Origin: Clostridia bacterium
GTDB taxonomy: Bacteria; Bacillota; Clostridia; Oscillospirales; CAG-272
Direction: 5' to 3'
DNA length: 64,000 nt
Assembly (NCBI GenBank): GCA_017453245.1
Contig: JAFTKM010000004.1
Location: 44,964 to 108,963 of the forward strand
Shown here: piece by piece, positions 10,707-20,799 of the stretch
Numbering within the stretch: the first letter of the stretch is position 1
How the letters are laid out: the number at the start of each line of letters is the position of its first letter
Notes under the pieces: model-generated
Database searches by the model: none
Seen by the model: the letters and a program-made list of their open reading frames with translations, nothing else
Told to the model about the DNA's origin: nothing
Program-made: the position numbers and the translations under genes

Positions 10707-11004
10707 GGGGCTGATTCATTTAGGCGTAATCGAAAAAGAGTCGAGAAGTCAATGAAAACAACCCTAAAACTTAATATTTGCATAAGTAAGAGGTGGAAAT
10801 TGCGAGAATTTCCACCTCTTACACTCTTTTTCTATCGCCGTTTCCTCGCTCAATGTATTCATATACATCTCTCGCTCGTCAGCCGACGATTTCCATCCTA
10901 AATTAATCTAGCCCCGAAAGGCGCTTCGCACCAAGAATTCAGGGCTTTCTGATTGTTTTAATCCTTATAGTATGCGATGACTGAATTCTTAGTGACTCAG
11001 CCCC
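10707..11004 (+). repeat. MITE-like structured repeat, copy 1 (about 298 bp)
   Basis: About 90% identical to 37288-37579. Termini are GGGGCTGATTCA and TGACTCAGCCCC (inverted). Internal perfect hairpin AGAGGTGGAAATT...AATTTCCACCTCT. No ORF. Confidence 0.8.
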
Positions 11005-11060
11005 TTATTTCACACGGGTAGCGGCCTTTTTGGCTAAAACGTGTGTTTTTTATTTTGATT

Positions 11061-11819
11061 TTACACGTAAACCTCGACTATGGCGTTGAGCTTTCCCTTT
11101 CTGCTCGTCGAGTCAAAGCCTCGGTAGATAAATCTGCCGTATCCTCGCACGCTGACCTTGTCCCCCTCCTTCGGTGTGTAGGAGGCGCTGTCGATCTCGC
11201 GGCCGTTGACGTAGACTAATCTGCGCTTTATTAAGGTCTGGGAGTCATCTCGCGAGAGGGAGTAGACCTTCGCCACTACAGCGTCGATTCTCTCGCTCTG
11301 TATCTGTATTCGCTTGGTCTCGGTTTTATAGAGCTCACCCTCGGGCAGGGCGTCGGTGACGGTTGCCTTAACGTCCGTCCTTTTTACCCGTAAGAGCTCA
11401 CCCGTGATAAATTCCGCTATCTTTTCCTCGGCGAAAACGTAGCCTACGTTATCCCTGATGATTATATCTCCGAGCGTGCTTCTCTCGATTCCGAGATTTA
11501 AGAGCGCGCCGAGAAAATCGCGGTGCGTGAGCTTGTCGGCAAATTTCGCTGAGAGCGGCTCGACCTTGACACACAGAATGGGGAAGGGCGTCTCGTATCC
11601 GACCTCCTCCGCGTTGCCAAATCGGGCTATCACACGCTCAGCCCCGTCAGCGCCTCCGTAGAGAGTTATCTCGCTCGGGCGTATTCTCGGCAGAGCCTCG
11701 CGGAGTGCCGACTGCTCGGCAAGACCTAAGAAGTCCGTAAAGGTGAAGTAGCCGCCTCTGTCCGCCTTGTTATACAGCTCGATAAAGCGCTTCTTTAAGA
11801 GCTCAATATCGTCGTTCAT
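11061..11819 (-). CDS. ylmH: YlmH-like RNA-binding S4-domain protein
   Basis: THRDFLGALLNLGIERSTLGDI region plus a C-terminal S4-like domain. Confidence 0.75.
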   Translation of the reverse strand: MNDDIELLKKRFIELYNKADRGGYFTFTDFLGLAEQSALREALPRIRPSEITLYGGADGAERVIARFGNAEEVGYETPFPILCVKVEPLSAKFADKLTHRDFLGALLNLGIERSTLGDIIIRDNVGYVFAEEKIAEFITGELLRVKRTDVKATVTDALPEGELYKTETKRIQIQSERIDAVVAKVYSLSRDDSQTLIKRRLVYVNGREIDSASYTPKEGDKVSVRGYGRFIYRGFDSTSRKGKLNAIVEVYV

Positions 11820-12562
11820 CAGATGAGCTCAACGGGGTAGAGTATCTTGAGCTGGTTGATCTTTCTCTCGTACGCCTCGCGTCTCTTTTCGTTAAGCACC
11901 ATCTCGGAGAGCTGGGGAGCGATCTCTTCGTAGGGCATTACGCTCGACTCGGACTTGGAGTTGAGCTTGATAAGATGGTAGCCAAACTGAGTCTTTACGG
12001 GAGCCTTAGTTATCTCGCCTACCTCGAGCTCGAATACCGCGGTGTCAAACTCGGGCACCATCTGACCTCTGCCGAAGTCACCGAGGTTACCGCCTCTCTG
12101 TCCGGAGGGGCAGGTGGAGTATTCCTTTGCCGCATCACCGAAGCTTACCTCGCCGCTCTCGATCTTTGCGAGAATCTCAAGAGCCTTTTCCTCGCTTTCC
12201 ACGAGAATGTGGTCTGCGTTTACGGTCTCGCCCTGACGGAATTTGTCGAGGTTGTCCTCGTAGTATTTCTTCACGTCCTCATCGTTTACCTTTACCGATG
12301 CGAGGACCTTGTTGCCTGCATAATTGATGAGAAGGTTTTCGCGCAGCTTTGCGAGCTCAGCCTTGAACTCGGGCTCGGTCTCGAAGAGATTGTGTCTTGC
12401 ATCGAGAAGAAGGAGCTTAGAGCTGATGATCTGCTCGAGTATCGCGCGTCTGCCCTCGGGGGTATTGTAGCCCTGACCGCGAGCGCCAAGCTCAACGAGG
12501 AAGTCGTCAACCTCTTTTTCTGTTACGGTGAGCGCGCCCACCTTTGCTAAAATCTTGTCCAT
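11819..12562 (-). CDS. Parvulin-type peptidyl-prolyl isomerase
   Basis: PpiC rotamase region HILV...GGNLGDFGRGQMVPEFD...FGYHLIKL. Confidence 0.8.
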   Translation of the reverse strand: MDKILAKVGALTVTEKEVDDFLVELGARGQGYNTPEGRRAILEQIISSKLLLLDARHNLFETEPEFKAELAKLRENLLINYAGNKVLASVKVNDEDVKKYYEDNLDKFRQGETVNADHILVESEEKALEILAKIESGEVSFGDAAKEYSTCPSGQRGGNLGDFGRGQMVPEFDTAVFELEVGEITKAPVKTQFGYHLIKLNSKSESSVMPYEEIAPQLSEMVLNEKRREAYERKINQLKILYPVELI

Positions 12563-12585
12563 TTTTGTATCTCCTTAAAATTTAA

Positions 12586-13959
12586 TTATCTTGTTCTTAA
12601 TCCCTTGGGGTAGTGGTTTTTGATCTTTCCCGAGGATGCCTTTCCGCCGCCGAGCGCCGCGCCCTCAAAGAGCACCGCGCACCAGCCCTTAATGTCCGAG
12701 CTTGCCTCTATCTCCTCGCCTCTGAGATATTTCTCAACTCTTGCGTCGCCTCGTCTGAGGTTTTCCTTTGAGCGGAATAGCTCCGCGTATGCAGAGAAGA
12801 ATTGGTGGTGAGGGAAGAAGGTTGATCCCTTTATCTCGCCGAGAAGGACACCCGACATAAACACCGAGCCGCGAGGTATCGGGCAGGAGTGACTCACCAT
12901 AACGATGTTCTCGCCGACCTTTACAGCTCTGCCCTCAGGAGCCCTTGTGAGCGCATCCTTGAAGAAGGCTGACACTACCGCACTCTCCTGCTTGGACAGC
13001 GGTTTTGCTTCGTCTTTGTAAAGTATTCTTTGCTTAATTTGGGCGTTTTCATCCCTTTGCATCAAGGCAAGAAATTGACCCTCACCGTCGCTTACGTGAG
13101 GATAGAAGCGTCTTGCGTACTCAATGTTGAGAGCGCCCTTGGCGTATTTTGCGATTGCAGGTCTTGTCCTTTCCTCAAGCGACTCCTTGACCTTGACGAG
13201 TGCGAAATCGGGATTGTTGCCAAGAAACTCACCCACCACGCCCTCGTTCTCCTCGGGGGAGTAGGTGCAGGTGGAGTAGAGCAGGTAACCGCCCGACTTT
13301 ACAAGCCCCTTGGCGTTGCCGAGGATCTCCTTCTGACGCTTCGCGCACATAGCTACGTTATCCTCGCTCCAGTCCTCTACCGCCTCCTCGCTCTTTCTGA
13401 ACATACCCTCGCCGGAGCAGGGAGCATCGACTATAACGAGGTCGAACACACCCTCGTACATCTCGCGGAGCCTTGCGGTATCAAGCGAGGTGACTATGGC
13501 TCCTCTGACACCGAGTCTTTCGAAATTGCCGACGATTATCTTCGCCCTTTTAGGCACGTATTCATTTGAGAGAAGGAAGCCTCCGTCACCGAGTCTTTCG
13601 GCAACCTGTGACGATTTACCTCCGGGCGCCGCGCATAGGTCGGCTACCCACCAGTCGGGCTTTATATCGAGCGCCGCCGCGCTTGCCATAGCTCCGGGGT
13701 CCTGCATATACACCATGCCCGCGTGGTGGTAGGGGGATGCGCCCATAGCTCTTTCCTCTCTGAGGATAAAGCCGTTATCCACGTAGCCGAGCGGCTCGAG
13801 ATTAAACTCTCCGTCCGAGACGAGCTTCTCAGGGGAGCACTTTAAGAGGTTTGCGCGCATACCGCGCACAGCCTCACCGCTCTTGAGCGCTTCGATAAAG
13901 GCAGGGTACTCGTCCCCGAGAATATTTTTCATTTTTTCCATGAAGCCTTCGGGAATCAT
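12586..13959 (-). CDS. NOL1/NOP2/Sun-family rRNA m5C methyltransferase (RsmB/RsmF-like)
   Basis: DLCAAPGGKS SAM motif, DAPCSGEG and TCT catalytic Cys motifs. Confidence 0.8.
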   Translation of the reverse strand: MIPEGFMEKMKNILGDEYPAFIEALKSGEAVRGMRANLLKCSPEKLVSDGEFNLEPLGYVDNGFILREERAMGASPYHHAGMVYMQDPGAMASAAALDIKPDWWVADLCAAPGGKSSQVAERLGDGGFLLSNEYVPKRAKIIVGNFERLGVRGAIVTSLDTARLREMYEGVFDLVIVDAPCSGEGMFRKSEEAVEDWSEDNVAMCAKRQKEILGNAKGLVKSGGYLLYSTCTYSPEENEGVVGEFLGNNPDFALVKVKESLEERTRPAIAKYAKGALNIEYARRFYPHVSDGEGQFLALMQRDENAQIKQRILYKDEAKPLSKQESAVVSAFFKDALTRAPEGRAVKVGENIVMVSHSCPIPRGSVFMSGVLLGEIKGSTFFPHHQFFSAYAELFRSKENLRRGDARVEKYLRGEEIEASSDIKGWCAVLFEGAALGGGKASSGKIKNHYPKGLRTR

Positions 13960-14212
13960 CTTGTAACCCTCCCTTCAAAAATTCCACATAAAGTATACCG
14001 CATTTGACGGGCAAAGTCAATCTTTTTTAGAGTCTAAAATAAAATATTCACTCCGAGGCTTGAGCACGTTTTCCGTAAAGAGCGCAGGACGGTTGCCGCG
14101 GCACGGAGAAATTACGTCTGTTCTTTCTTTTTTCAAGTCTTTTTCCAACTCCCTTGCAATAATTAAAAATATATGGTACAATAACTGTAAAAGGCAAGAT
14201 GGAGGTGTCCCT

Positions 14213-15481
14213 ATGTATGAAAAAAGAATAGTAGCAAAAAACGGGATACCCGTTTACAGCCTGACGAATGAGAATAACCACAGCTTCTTTATCTCGATGT
14301 TTTTGAAGGCGGGATGCATGTATGAGAGTGCGGAGGAGAATGGCATCACCCACTTTCTTGAGCACGCCGCGATAAGAAACGTCAATAAGCTGATGGATTA
14401 CAAGCTGTACCGCGAGCTTGATAAATACGGCATGGAATTCAACGCCACGACCTATTCTGAGATGGTGCAGTTTTACATCTCGGGCGCGTCCTCCCATTTT
14501 AAGGTGGCGGCAGAGATGATATCGCGCATTCTTTCTCCCATAGTTCTTGACCGCTCGGAGCTTTTGGCTGAGCGGGAGAGAATAAAGGCTGAGATAAGAG
14601 AGGCGTCGGATAAGAGCACGCTCGCCTTTGTTGCCGCCGAGGAGGAGTGGCGGGGAACGTCTCTCACACAGCTCATCGCAGGTACGCTCGGCTCGGTATC
14701 TAAGGTATCACTTAAGAGCCTCGAGTCGTACAGACGAAGAATTTACAATAAAGAGAATATTTTCTTCTATGTCACGGGAAATGTCGATAATGACAACTTA
14801 AGTTATCTTACAGACCTTGTTGGCGCGTATGAGCTTGTCGGAGATGAAAAGCATGATAACAAAGCGCCCGTGCCAAAATGCTTTATGAGCCGTCAGCCTA
14901 AGATCAGGATAAAGAACGCGGACTTCACCAAGATAAGATACTCCTTTGACGTGGATATGTCATCCGTGAAAAGCGCGGAGCTCGACCTCCTTTACGATAT
15001 TGTGCTACGCGGATACAGCTCGGATTTCTTTATTGAGCTCAGTGAGAACAAAGGTCTATTTTATGACCTCGGAGGCGCGGTTGAGAGATACTCCAACGTG
15101 GCGCTCTTCTCCTTCTCTTACGAGCTTAAGGAGTCAAAGCTCTATGAGGCGGCACAGATGACAGCAGAGCTTCTTCGCGGCTATACTGAGCGGCTTCTTG
15201 ACACCGATAGATGTATGAAGGCGAGCTACGTGGATAATGCGTATATGCTCTTTGACGACCCGAGCGCGCTCTCGTTCACCTTCGCTTATGATAACCATAT
15301 CCTGAATCTCGGTTATTCCGGTATTGAGGACAGAAGAGAGGCTTACGAGCGGATAACTCCCGAGAGGCTCCGTGAGGTTGCTAGGGAAATATTCCGCCCT
15401 GAAAATATGACGGTCACGCTTAAAGCAAACAAAAAGAAAATAGATGCCGAAAGGCTTGAAAGAATAATTTTTGGAGAATGA
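14213..15481 (+). CDS. M16 (insulinase/pitrilysin) family peptidase-like protein
   Basis: HFLEH (HxxEH) zinc motif. Start moved to ATG 14213, behind GGAGGTG. Confidence 0.7.
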   Translation: MYEKRIVAKNGIPVYSLTNENNHSFFISMFLKAGCMYESAEENGITHFLEHAAIRNVNKLMDYKLYRELDKYGMEFNATTYSEMVQFYISGASSHFKVAAEMISRILSPIVLDRSELLAERERIKAEIREASDKSTLAFVAAEEEWRGTSLTQLIAGTLGSVSKVSLKSLESYRRRIYNKENIFFYVTGNVDNDNLSYLTDLVGAYELVGDEKHDNKAPVPKCFMSRQPKIRIKNADFTKIRYSFDVDMSSVKSAELDLLYDIVLRGYSSDFFIELSENKGLFYDLGGAVERYSNVALFSFSYELKESKLYEAAQMTAELLRGYTERLLDTDRCMKASYVDNAYMLFDDPSALSFTFAYDNHILNLGYSGIEDRREAYERITPERLREVAREIFRPENMTVTLKANKKKIDAERLERIIFGE

Positions 15482-18252
15482 TCATGGATTTCAAAAACGT
15501 AGACAAAAAGTATCGCCCCATACCCTTCTGGTCGTGGAATGAAAAGCTCGACACCGAGGAGACGAAAAGGCAGATCGGCATTATGGACGAGGCAGGCATC
15601 GGCGGCTACTTTATGCACGCCAGAGGCGGCCTTCTGACCGAGTATATGGGTGAGGAATGGTTTGACAACGTCAAGGCCTCCATCGAGGAGGGCAACAAGA
15701 GAGGAATGCACTCCTGGGCATATGACGAGAATGGCTGGCCCTCGGGCTTCGGCGGCGGCAAGGTCAACGGCCTTGGCGATGAATACAGACAAAAGAGTCT
15801 GCATATCGAGCCCCTTACCGATGAGAATAAGGATGCCGATAACACCGTGCTTATCAAGGACGGAGTGAGATATTTCTACCGTATCAACGAGTTCTACGTT
15901 GACACCCTCGACAAGAAGGTCATGGGGAAATTCATAGAGGAAATCTACCGGAAATACTACGATAAGTTCGGCTCGACCTTTGACGGCTTCTTCACCGACG
16001 AGCCGCAGATTTTGCGCGGAGACGGGTACCCGTGGAGCTTTATTCTCGAGGAAAGCTTCAAGGAAAGATACGGCTACAGCCTTGTCGAGAAGCTCGATAT
16101 GCTCTTCTTTGACAAGGAGGGCTGTGAGGACGTGAGAGTTGACTATTGGCAGCTTATCACCGACCTCTTCTCCGATGCATTCTTCAAGCAGATATACGAT
16201 TGGTGCGACGCCCACGGCTACAAGCTCACCGGTCACCTCGTGCTCGAGGAGGATCTGATGTCTCAGATCGTTTCCAACGGCGCGTGCATGCCTCACTACG
16301 AATATTTCCACGTGCCCGGTATGGACTGGCTCGGCAGACCGGTTACAGAGTGTCTTACACCTATGCAGCTCTCCAGCGCATCTGCGCAGATGGGCAAAAA
16401 GCAGATACTCACCGAGACCTACGCTGCATCCGGACACAACGTCTCACACGGAGAGCTCAAGCGCATTCTGGAGTGGCAGATGGTCCACGGCGTAAACCTG
16501 CTTTGCACTCACCTTGAGGGTTACTCTCTGCGCGGTATCAGAAAGCGCGATTATCCCCCGGCGATGTACTATCAGCAGCCTTGGTGGGCGGATATGAAGG
16601 TGTTCTTCGACGCTATGTCGAGAGTCGGTATGCTTATCGCGGAGGGCAGGGTAAACGTTGACACCCTTCTTATCCATCCCGAGACCACCGCTTGGACTAT
16701 CTACAACGGCTATGAATTCAGCGCCGAGTCCTCAAGGCTTATAAGATCCTACCACGACTCCTTCCTTGCCGATATGCGCTCCATCGAGGATAAGCACGTC
16801 GAGTATCACCTTGGCGACGAGACCTTGATGCGCCGCCACGCGAAAGTGGAGAACGGCGAGCTCGTTATCGGTCAGATGAGATACAAGACCATAGTTCTTC
16901 CCACTAAGTACAAGAGACTGCTTCCGAATACCGAGAAACTTCTTGACGAATTCCGCAAGGCGGGCGGCAGAATAATCTCCGTCTCCGAGGTCGAGCCGAA
17001 TGACATTATGGCTCCCTCGCGCCTCAGCTACACCTCGCGCTCCTTCGACGGCTTCGATATGCACTATATCGTCAACACCGACAACTCCGAGATCACCGCC
17101 GGGATCAAGCGCGGCAATAAGCAGATGATCATTGAGACGGGCGACCTTGTTCCTTTCTCCGGTATACATACCTTCGCTCCCTACGAGTCGCTTGTACTTA
17201 TCGACACTCACGAGGAGAGGGAGGAGATCACCGAAACTTCCGCGTCGGAAAGACTCAGCCTTATGGGCGAGTGGGATGTAAAATCCTTCACTCACAACTC
17301 CTTGACTCTCGACTTCTGCGACTACTACTTTAACGGTGAGCTTGTCGAGAAGGAGGGGTACGTGTTAAATATTCTGCCGAGAATCAACGCTCTTGAGAGA
17401 GCGGTTGCTCTTAAGCAGGACTACCGTTTCACCATCTCATCGATCCCCTCCGAGATATTCCTCGCTACCGAGACTCCCGAGATATTCAAGATAAGCGTCA
17501 ACGGCAAAGAGATAGATAAGACCGACTGCGGCTACTTCCGTGACAGCGCCTTCAGAAAGCTCAATATCGCTCCTTACGTCTGCGAGGGCGAAAACGTCAT
17601 CACCTTCGAATCTGTGATAGAGCAGACTCCCGCGTGCTATGAGCATCTCTCCAAGTCATGGACCTTCGAGAGTATGAAGAATTGCCTGTCCTACGATATG
17701 GAGATCGAGCCTATATACATCGTCGGTGACTTCGGCCTTGACTTTGCGGGTGCGGTGAGTGAGACGAGTGACAAGACCTTCTTCATCGATAAGCAGCCGA
17801 TAATCGCCGCAAAGCCCACTCGCGTTGACGCCGCAAAGCTCGACTATTCCGGCTTTGCCGAGTTTGCGGGCGAGCTTACTCTCAGCCGTGAGGTAGAGCT
17901 CGACAGCACCGATTACCACGTAATGCTCACGGGCAGAGGAATGAACGCGATAAGGCTCAGCGTCAACGGCGAGCACGTCGCAACCAAGCTCTATCCCCCC
18001 TACCGTGTAGAGCTTAAGGACCATCTGAAGCCCGGAAAGAACATCCTCGAGGTGACCGTTGTAAACAACCTTCGTAATATGATGGGCCCCCACCACCTCA
18101 AGAACGAGGAGGAGAGATGGGTATGTCCCGGTAGCTTCTACAAGGAGTCCAACATATTCAACCACAGAGACGGTGTGGGCGCTGACTGTCACGAGGACCT
18201 CGGCGTGCACCGCGACGGCTATCTGCTTGTAAATTACGGATTGACTGAATAA
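15478..18252 (+). CDS. Putative glycoside hydrolase, family not assigned
   Basis: N-terminal YRPIPFWSWNEKL...GGYFMHARGG...YDENGWPSGFGGG resembles uncharacterised glycosidase families. 924 aa. The assignment is from memory only. Confidence 0.5.
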   Translation: MIMDFKNVDKKYRPIPFWSWNEKLDTEETKRQIGIMDEAGIGGYFMHARGGLLTEYMGEEWFDNVKASIEEGNKRGMHSWAYDENGWPSGFGGGKVNGLGDEYRQKSLHIEPLTDENKDADNTVLIKDGVRYFYRINEFYVDTLDKKVMGKFIEEIYRKYYDKFGSTFDGFFTDEPQILRGDGYPWSFILEESFKERYGYSLVEKLDMLFFDKEGCEDVRVDYWQLITDLFSDAFFKQIYDWCDAHGYKLTGHLVLEEDLMSQIVSNGACMPHYEYFHVPGMDWLGRPVTECLTPMQLSSASAQMGKKQILTETYAASGHNVSHGELKRILEWQMVHGVNLLCTHLEGYSLRGIRKRDYPPAMYYQQPWWADMKVFFDAMSRVGMLIAEGRVNVDTLLIHPETTAWTIYNGYEFSAESSRLIRSYHDSFLADMRSIEDKHVEYHLGDETLMRRHAKVENGELVIGQMRYKTIVLPTKYKRLLPNTEKLLDEFRKAGGRIISVSEVEPNDIMAPSRLSYTSRSFDGFDMHYIVNTDNSEITAGIKRGNKQMIIETGDLVPFSGIHTFAPYESLVLIDTHEEREEITETSASERLSLMGEWDVKSFTHNSLTLDFCDYYFNGELVEKEGYVLNILPRINALERAVALKQDYRFTISSIPSEIFLATETPEIFKISVNGKEIDKTDCGYFRDSAFRKLNIAPYVCEGENVITFESVIEQTPACYEHLSKSWTFESMKNCLSYDMEIEPIYIVGDFGLDFAGAVSETSDKTFFIDKQPIIAAKPTRVDAAKLDYSGFAEFAGELTLSREVELDSTDYHVMLTGRGMNAIRLSVNGEHVATKLYPPYRVELKDHLKPGKNILEVTVVNNLRNMMGPHHLKNEEERWVCPGSFYKESNIFNHRDGVGADCHEDLGVHRDGYLLVNYGLTE

Positions 18253-18965
18253 TGAGAAAAATAACAACTGTACTTTTTGACCTTGACGGCACGCTTATCA
18301 GAATGGATCAGGACGAGTTTATCAGACTCTATTTCGTGTCCATTTTAGGTAAGCTTGGCAGTCTTGGATACGATACCGCCATTATGAAGGACGCGCTCGA
18401 GGGCGCGGTCGTCGCAACACTGAGAAACGACGGCAAGCTCTCAAACGAGGATCGCTTCTGGCAGGTGTTTGATGAAATATCGGGCGGTCTCTCCTCGTCG
18501 GTCAGAGCGGAAATAGAGTCCTATTACGCGGACGAGTTTGGCTCTGTCATAGCTGCCACCTGCGAGGCATATCCGAGAGCGCGTGAGGTGCTCGAGACCG
18601 TGAAGGAGAAGGGCCTTCGCCCCATTCTCGCGACCAATCCGCTCTTTCCTATGGTTGCCACGCACGGCCGCATACGGCTAGGCGGAATGACACCCGAGGA
18701 TTTTGAGTATATCACGGCGTACGAAAACAGCAGCTACTGCAAGCCGAATCCCGCCTACTTCACCGAGCTTCTTGCAAAGCTTGGTATATCCCCCGAGGAG
18801 TGCGTGATGATAGGCAACGATACCCGCGACGATTTCTCGGCCCTCGCCCTAGGCATTCCCGTATTTGTGCTCACCGAGTGCCTGATAAATACACGCGGAG
18901 TTGACCTTAACGATTATCCCCACGGCGGCTTTGATGAGCTGATCGACTTTATCGCGAAGCTTTAA
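18252..18965 (+). CDS. HAD-superfamily hydrolase
   Basis: FDLDGTL motif and GNDTRDD motif IV. Confidence 0.7.
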   Translation: MRKITTVLFDLDGTLIRMDQDEFIRLYFVSILGKLGSLGYDTAIMKDALEGAVVATLRNDGKLSNEDRFWQVFDEISGGLSSSVRAEIESYYADEFGSVIAATCEAYPRAREVLETVKEKGLRPILATNPLFPMVATHGRIRLGGMTPEDFEYITAYENSSYCKPNPAYFTELLAKLGISPEECVMIGNDTRDDFSALALGIPVFVLTECLINTRGVDLNDYPHGGFDELIDFIAKL

Positions 18966-19194
18966 TATAGAAAGAGACCCGGCTTTATCGGCTGTGTCTC
19001 TTTTTTATCTTTTAAGTTGATTTATTGTTGCCGTGTTATTATGCCAAAGGATAAAGCTTTCGCCAAAGCCCATCTCTAAAAAAGCGTAACACAAGTCCGA
19101 TATCTGTCCAAGAACTTGACAGACTTTTATGCATTGTGCTATACTGAACCAGCCGCACGACACTGGGCGGCAAGATTTAATAAAGGTGACAACT

Positions 19195-20319
19195 ATGAGT
19201 ATTACGATCAAAGAGGTATTGACAAAGTCCGAGCTTTCCCGTTGGGTTGAGTTTCCGAACACGCTTTACAAGGACAACGAATACTACGTGCCCTTCCTTA
19301 AGAGTGACGAGATTGCAACCTTCACCGAGAAGAAGAATCCCGCATACGAATTCTGCGACACCAAGCTTTTCGCAGCATATCGCGACGGCAAAATGGTCGG
19401 ACGAATCGCAGGCCTTGTCAATCACGCGTACAACAAGAAGTGGGAGAAGAATGCGATAAGATTCACCCGCTTTGACTTTATAGACGATCCCGAGGTCTCC
19501 TCGGCTCTGTTTGACGCCGTTGTCAAGTGGGGCAGGGAGCGCGGACACACCGAAATAATGGGACCTATCGGCTTTACCGATATGGACCACGAGGGTATGC
19601 TCGTTGAAGGATACGATGAGCTCAATATGTCCATCACCTTCTACAACCACCCATATTACCTTGAGCATATGGAGAGGCTCGGACTCAGAAAGGATATCGA
19701 CTGGATAGAGTATCAGATATTCGTTCCCGAGTCGATCGATCCGAGGATTGAGCATCTTTCCGAGAGGGTGATGAATCACCACGGTCTCAAGGTAGTGACC
19801 TATACCGACCGTAAGAAGCTTTACGAGGAGGCGTTTGAGGCGTTCACTATCATCGACGTTGCCTTCTCCCGTCTTTACGGCACGGTGCCGCTCACACCCG
19901 CAGTTATCAAGCGCGCGGTAGATGACTATATTCCGCTCGTCAACCTCGACTACATCTGCTCGGTTAAGGATAAGGATGGAAAGATCGTCGGCTTTGCCGT
20001 TATGGTGCCCTCGATCGCCAAGGCTCTTAAAAAGTCGGGTGGCAAGATGCTCCCCTTCGGCGTATTCAGATTACTTAAGGCTCTCGGAAGCGATAACGAT
20101 ACTCTTGAGATGTTCTTCGTTGCGGTCAAGCCCGAGCTGCAGAGCCAGGGTATCCCCGCCATTATGATGAACGAGCTTCTCAAGGTCTGCATCAGAAACG
20201 GCGTTAAGATCTGCGAGACGGGACCTCAGCTTGAGACCAACGGTGCGGTGCAGAGTATGTGGAAGCCGTTTGACAAGCGTCAGCACAGACGCCGCCGTTG
20301 CTTCATAAAGGAGATATAA
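19195..20319 (+). CDS. GNAT-like N-acetyltransferase family protein
   Basis: The sequence pattern (RIAGLVNH...IRFTRFDFIDD...GPIGFTDMDHEGML) recalls long GNAT-family proteins of Clostridia. Start moved to ATG 19195. Confidence 0.55.
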   Translation: MSITIKEVLTKSELSRWVEFPNTLYKDNEYYVPFLKSDEIATFTEKKNPAYEFCDTKLFAAYRDGKMVGRIAGLVNHAYNKKWEKNAIRFTRFDFIDDPEVSSALFDAVVKWGRERGHTEIMGPIGFTDMDHEGMLVEGYDELNMSITFYNHPYYLEHMERLGLRKDIDWIEYQIFVPESIDPRIEHLSERVMNHHGLKVVTYTDRKKLYEEAFEAFTIIDVAFSRLYGTVPLTPAVIKRAVDDYIPLVNLDYICSVKDKDGKIVGFAVMVPSIAKALKKSGGKMLPFGVFRLLKALGSDNDTLEMFFVAVKPELQSQGIPAIMMNELLKVCIRNGVKICETGPQLETNGAVQSMWKPFDKRQHRRRRCFIKEI

Positions 20320-20322
20320 GCT

Positions 20323-20742
20323 ATGAAAAACAAGGAGCTTATAAGAACGATAAAATTCACCCTTTTCTCCATCAGCGCGGGCGTGATTCAGGTGCTCCTG
20401 TTCACTCTTATGAACGAGCTTTTACACCTCGATTATTGGGTGAGCTACCTGACGAGCCTTGTCGCATCGATACTCTGGAACTTTACGATAAACCGCAAGG
20501 TGACCTTCAAGTCGTCGAACAACGTCAAGCTCTCAATGCTTCTCGTCTTCCTCTTTTACCTTGTGTTTACTCCGGTATCAACCGTGCTCGGTAACCTTGC
20601 CGAGAGGGCACAGATAAACGAGTATATCGTCCTCGCGGTAACTATGATATCCAACTTCGTGCTTGAGTATCTTTATACAAGATACGTGGTTTACAGAAAC
20701 AGCTGTGATACCGCGGAGTCCAAGAATGAGAAAACAGAATAA
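20323..20742 (+). CDS. GtrA-family membrane protein
   Basis: 139 aa with four hydrophobic segments and an NFTINRKVTFK motif. Confidence 0.75.
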   Translation: MKNKELIRTIKFTLFSISAGVIQVLLFTLMNELLHLDYWVSYLTSLVASILWNFTINRKVTFKSSNNVKLSMLLVFLFYLVFTPVSTVLGNLAERAQINEYIVLAVTMISNFVLEYLYTRYVVYRNSCDTAESKNEKTE

Positions 20743-20747
20743 AAACA

Positions 20748-20775
20748 AAAGGCGGTCGATTGACCGCCTTTTTGC
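20748..20775. terminator. Bidirectional rho-independent terminator between gtrA-like and prfB
   Basis: Stem GGCGGTC/GACCGCC, with an A-run on one side and a T-run on the other. Confidence 0.7.
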
Positions 20776-20799
20776 ATACAAAGGTTAGCAAATATTTGC

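Noticed and set aside
15343-16437. 364-aa antisense ORF overlapping the M16 peptidase and glycosidase genes
   Set aside because: Shadow ORF opposite strongly supported genes, with no motifs.
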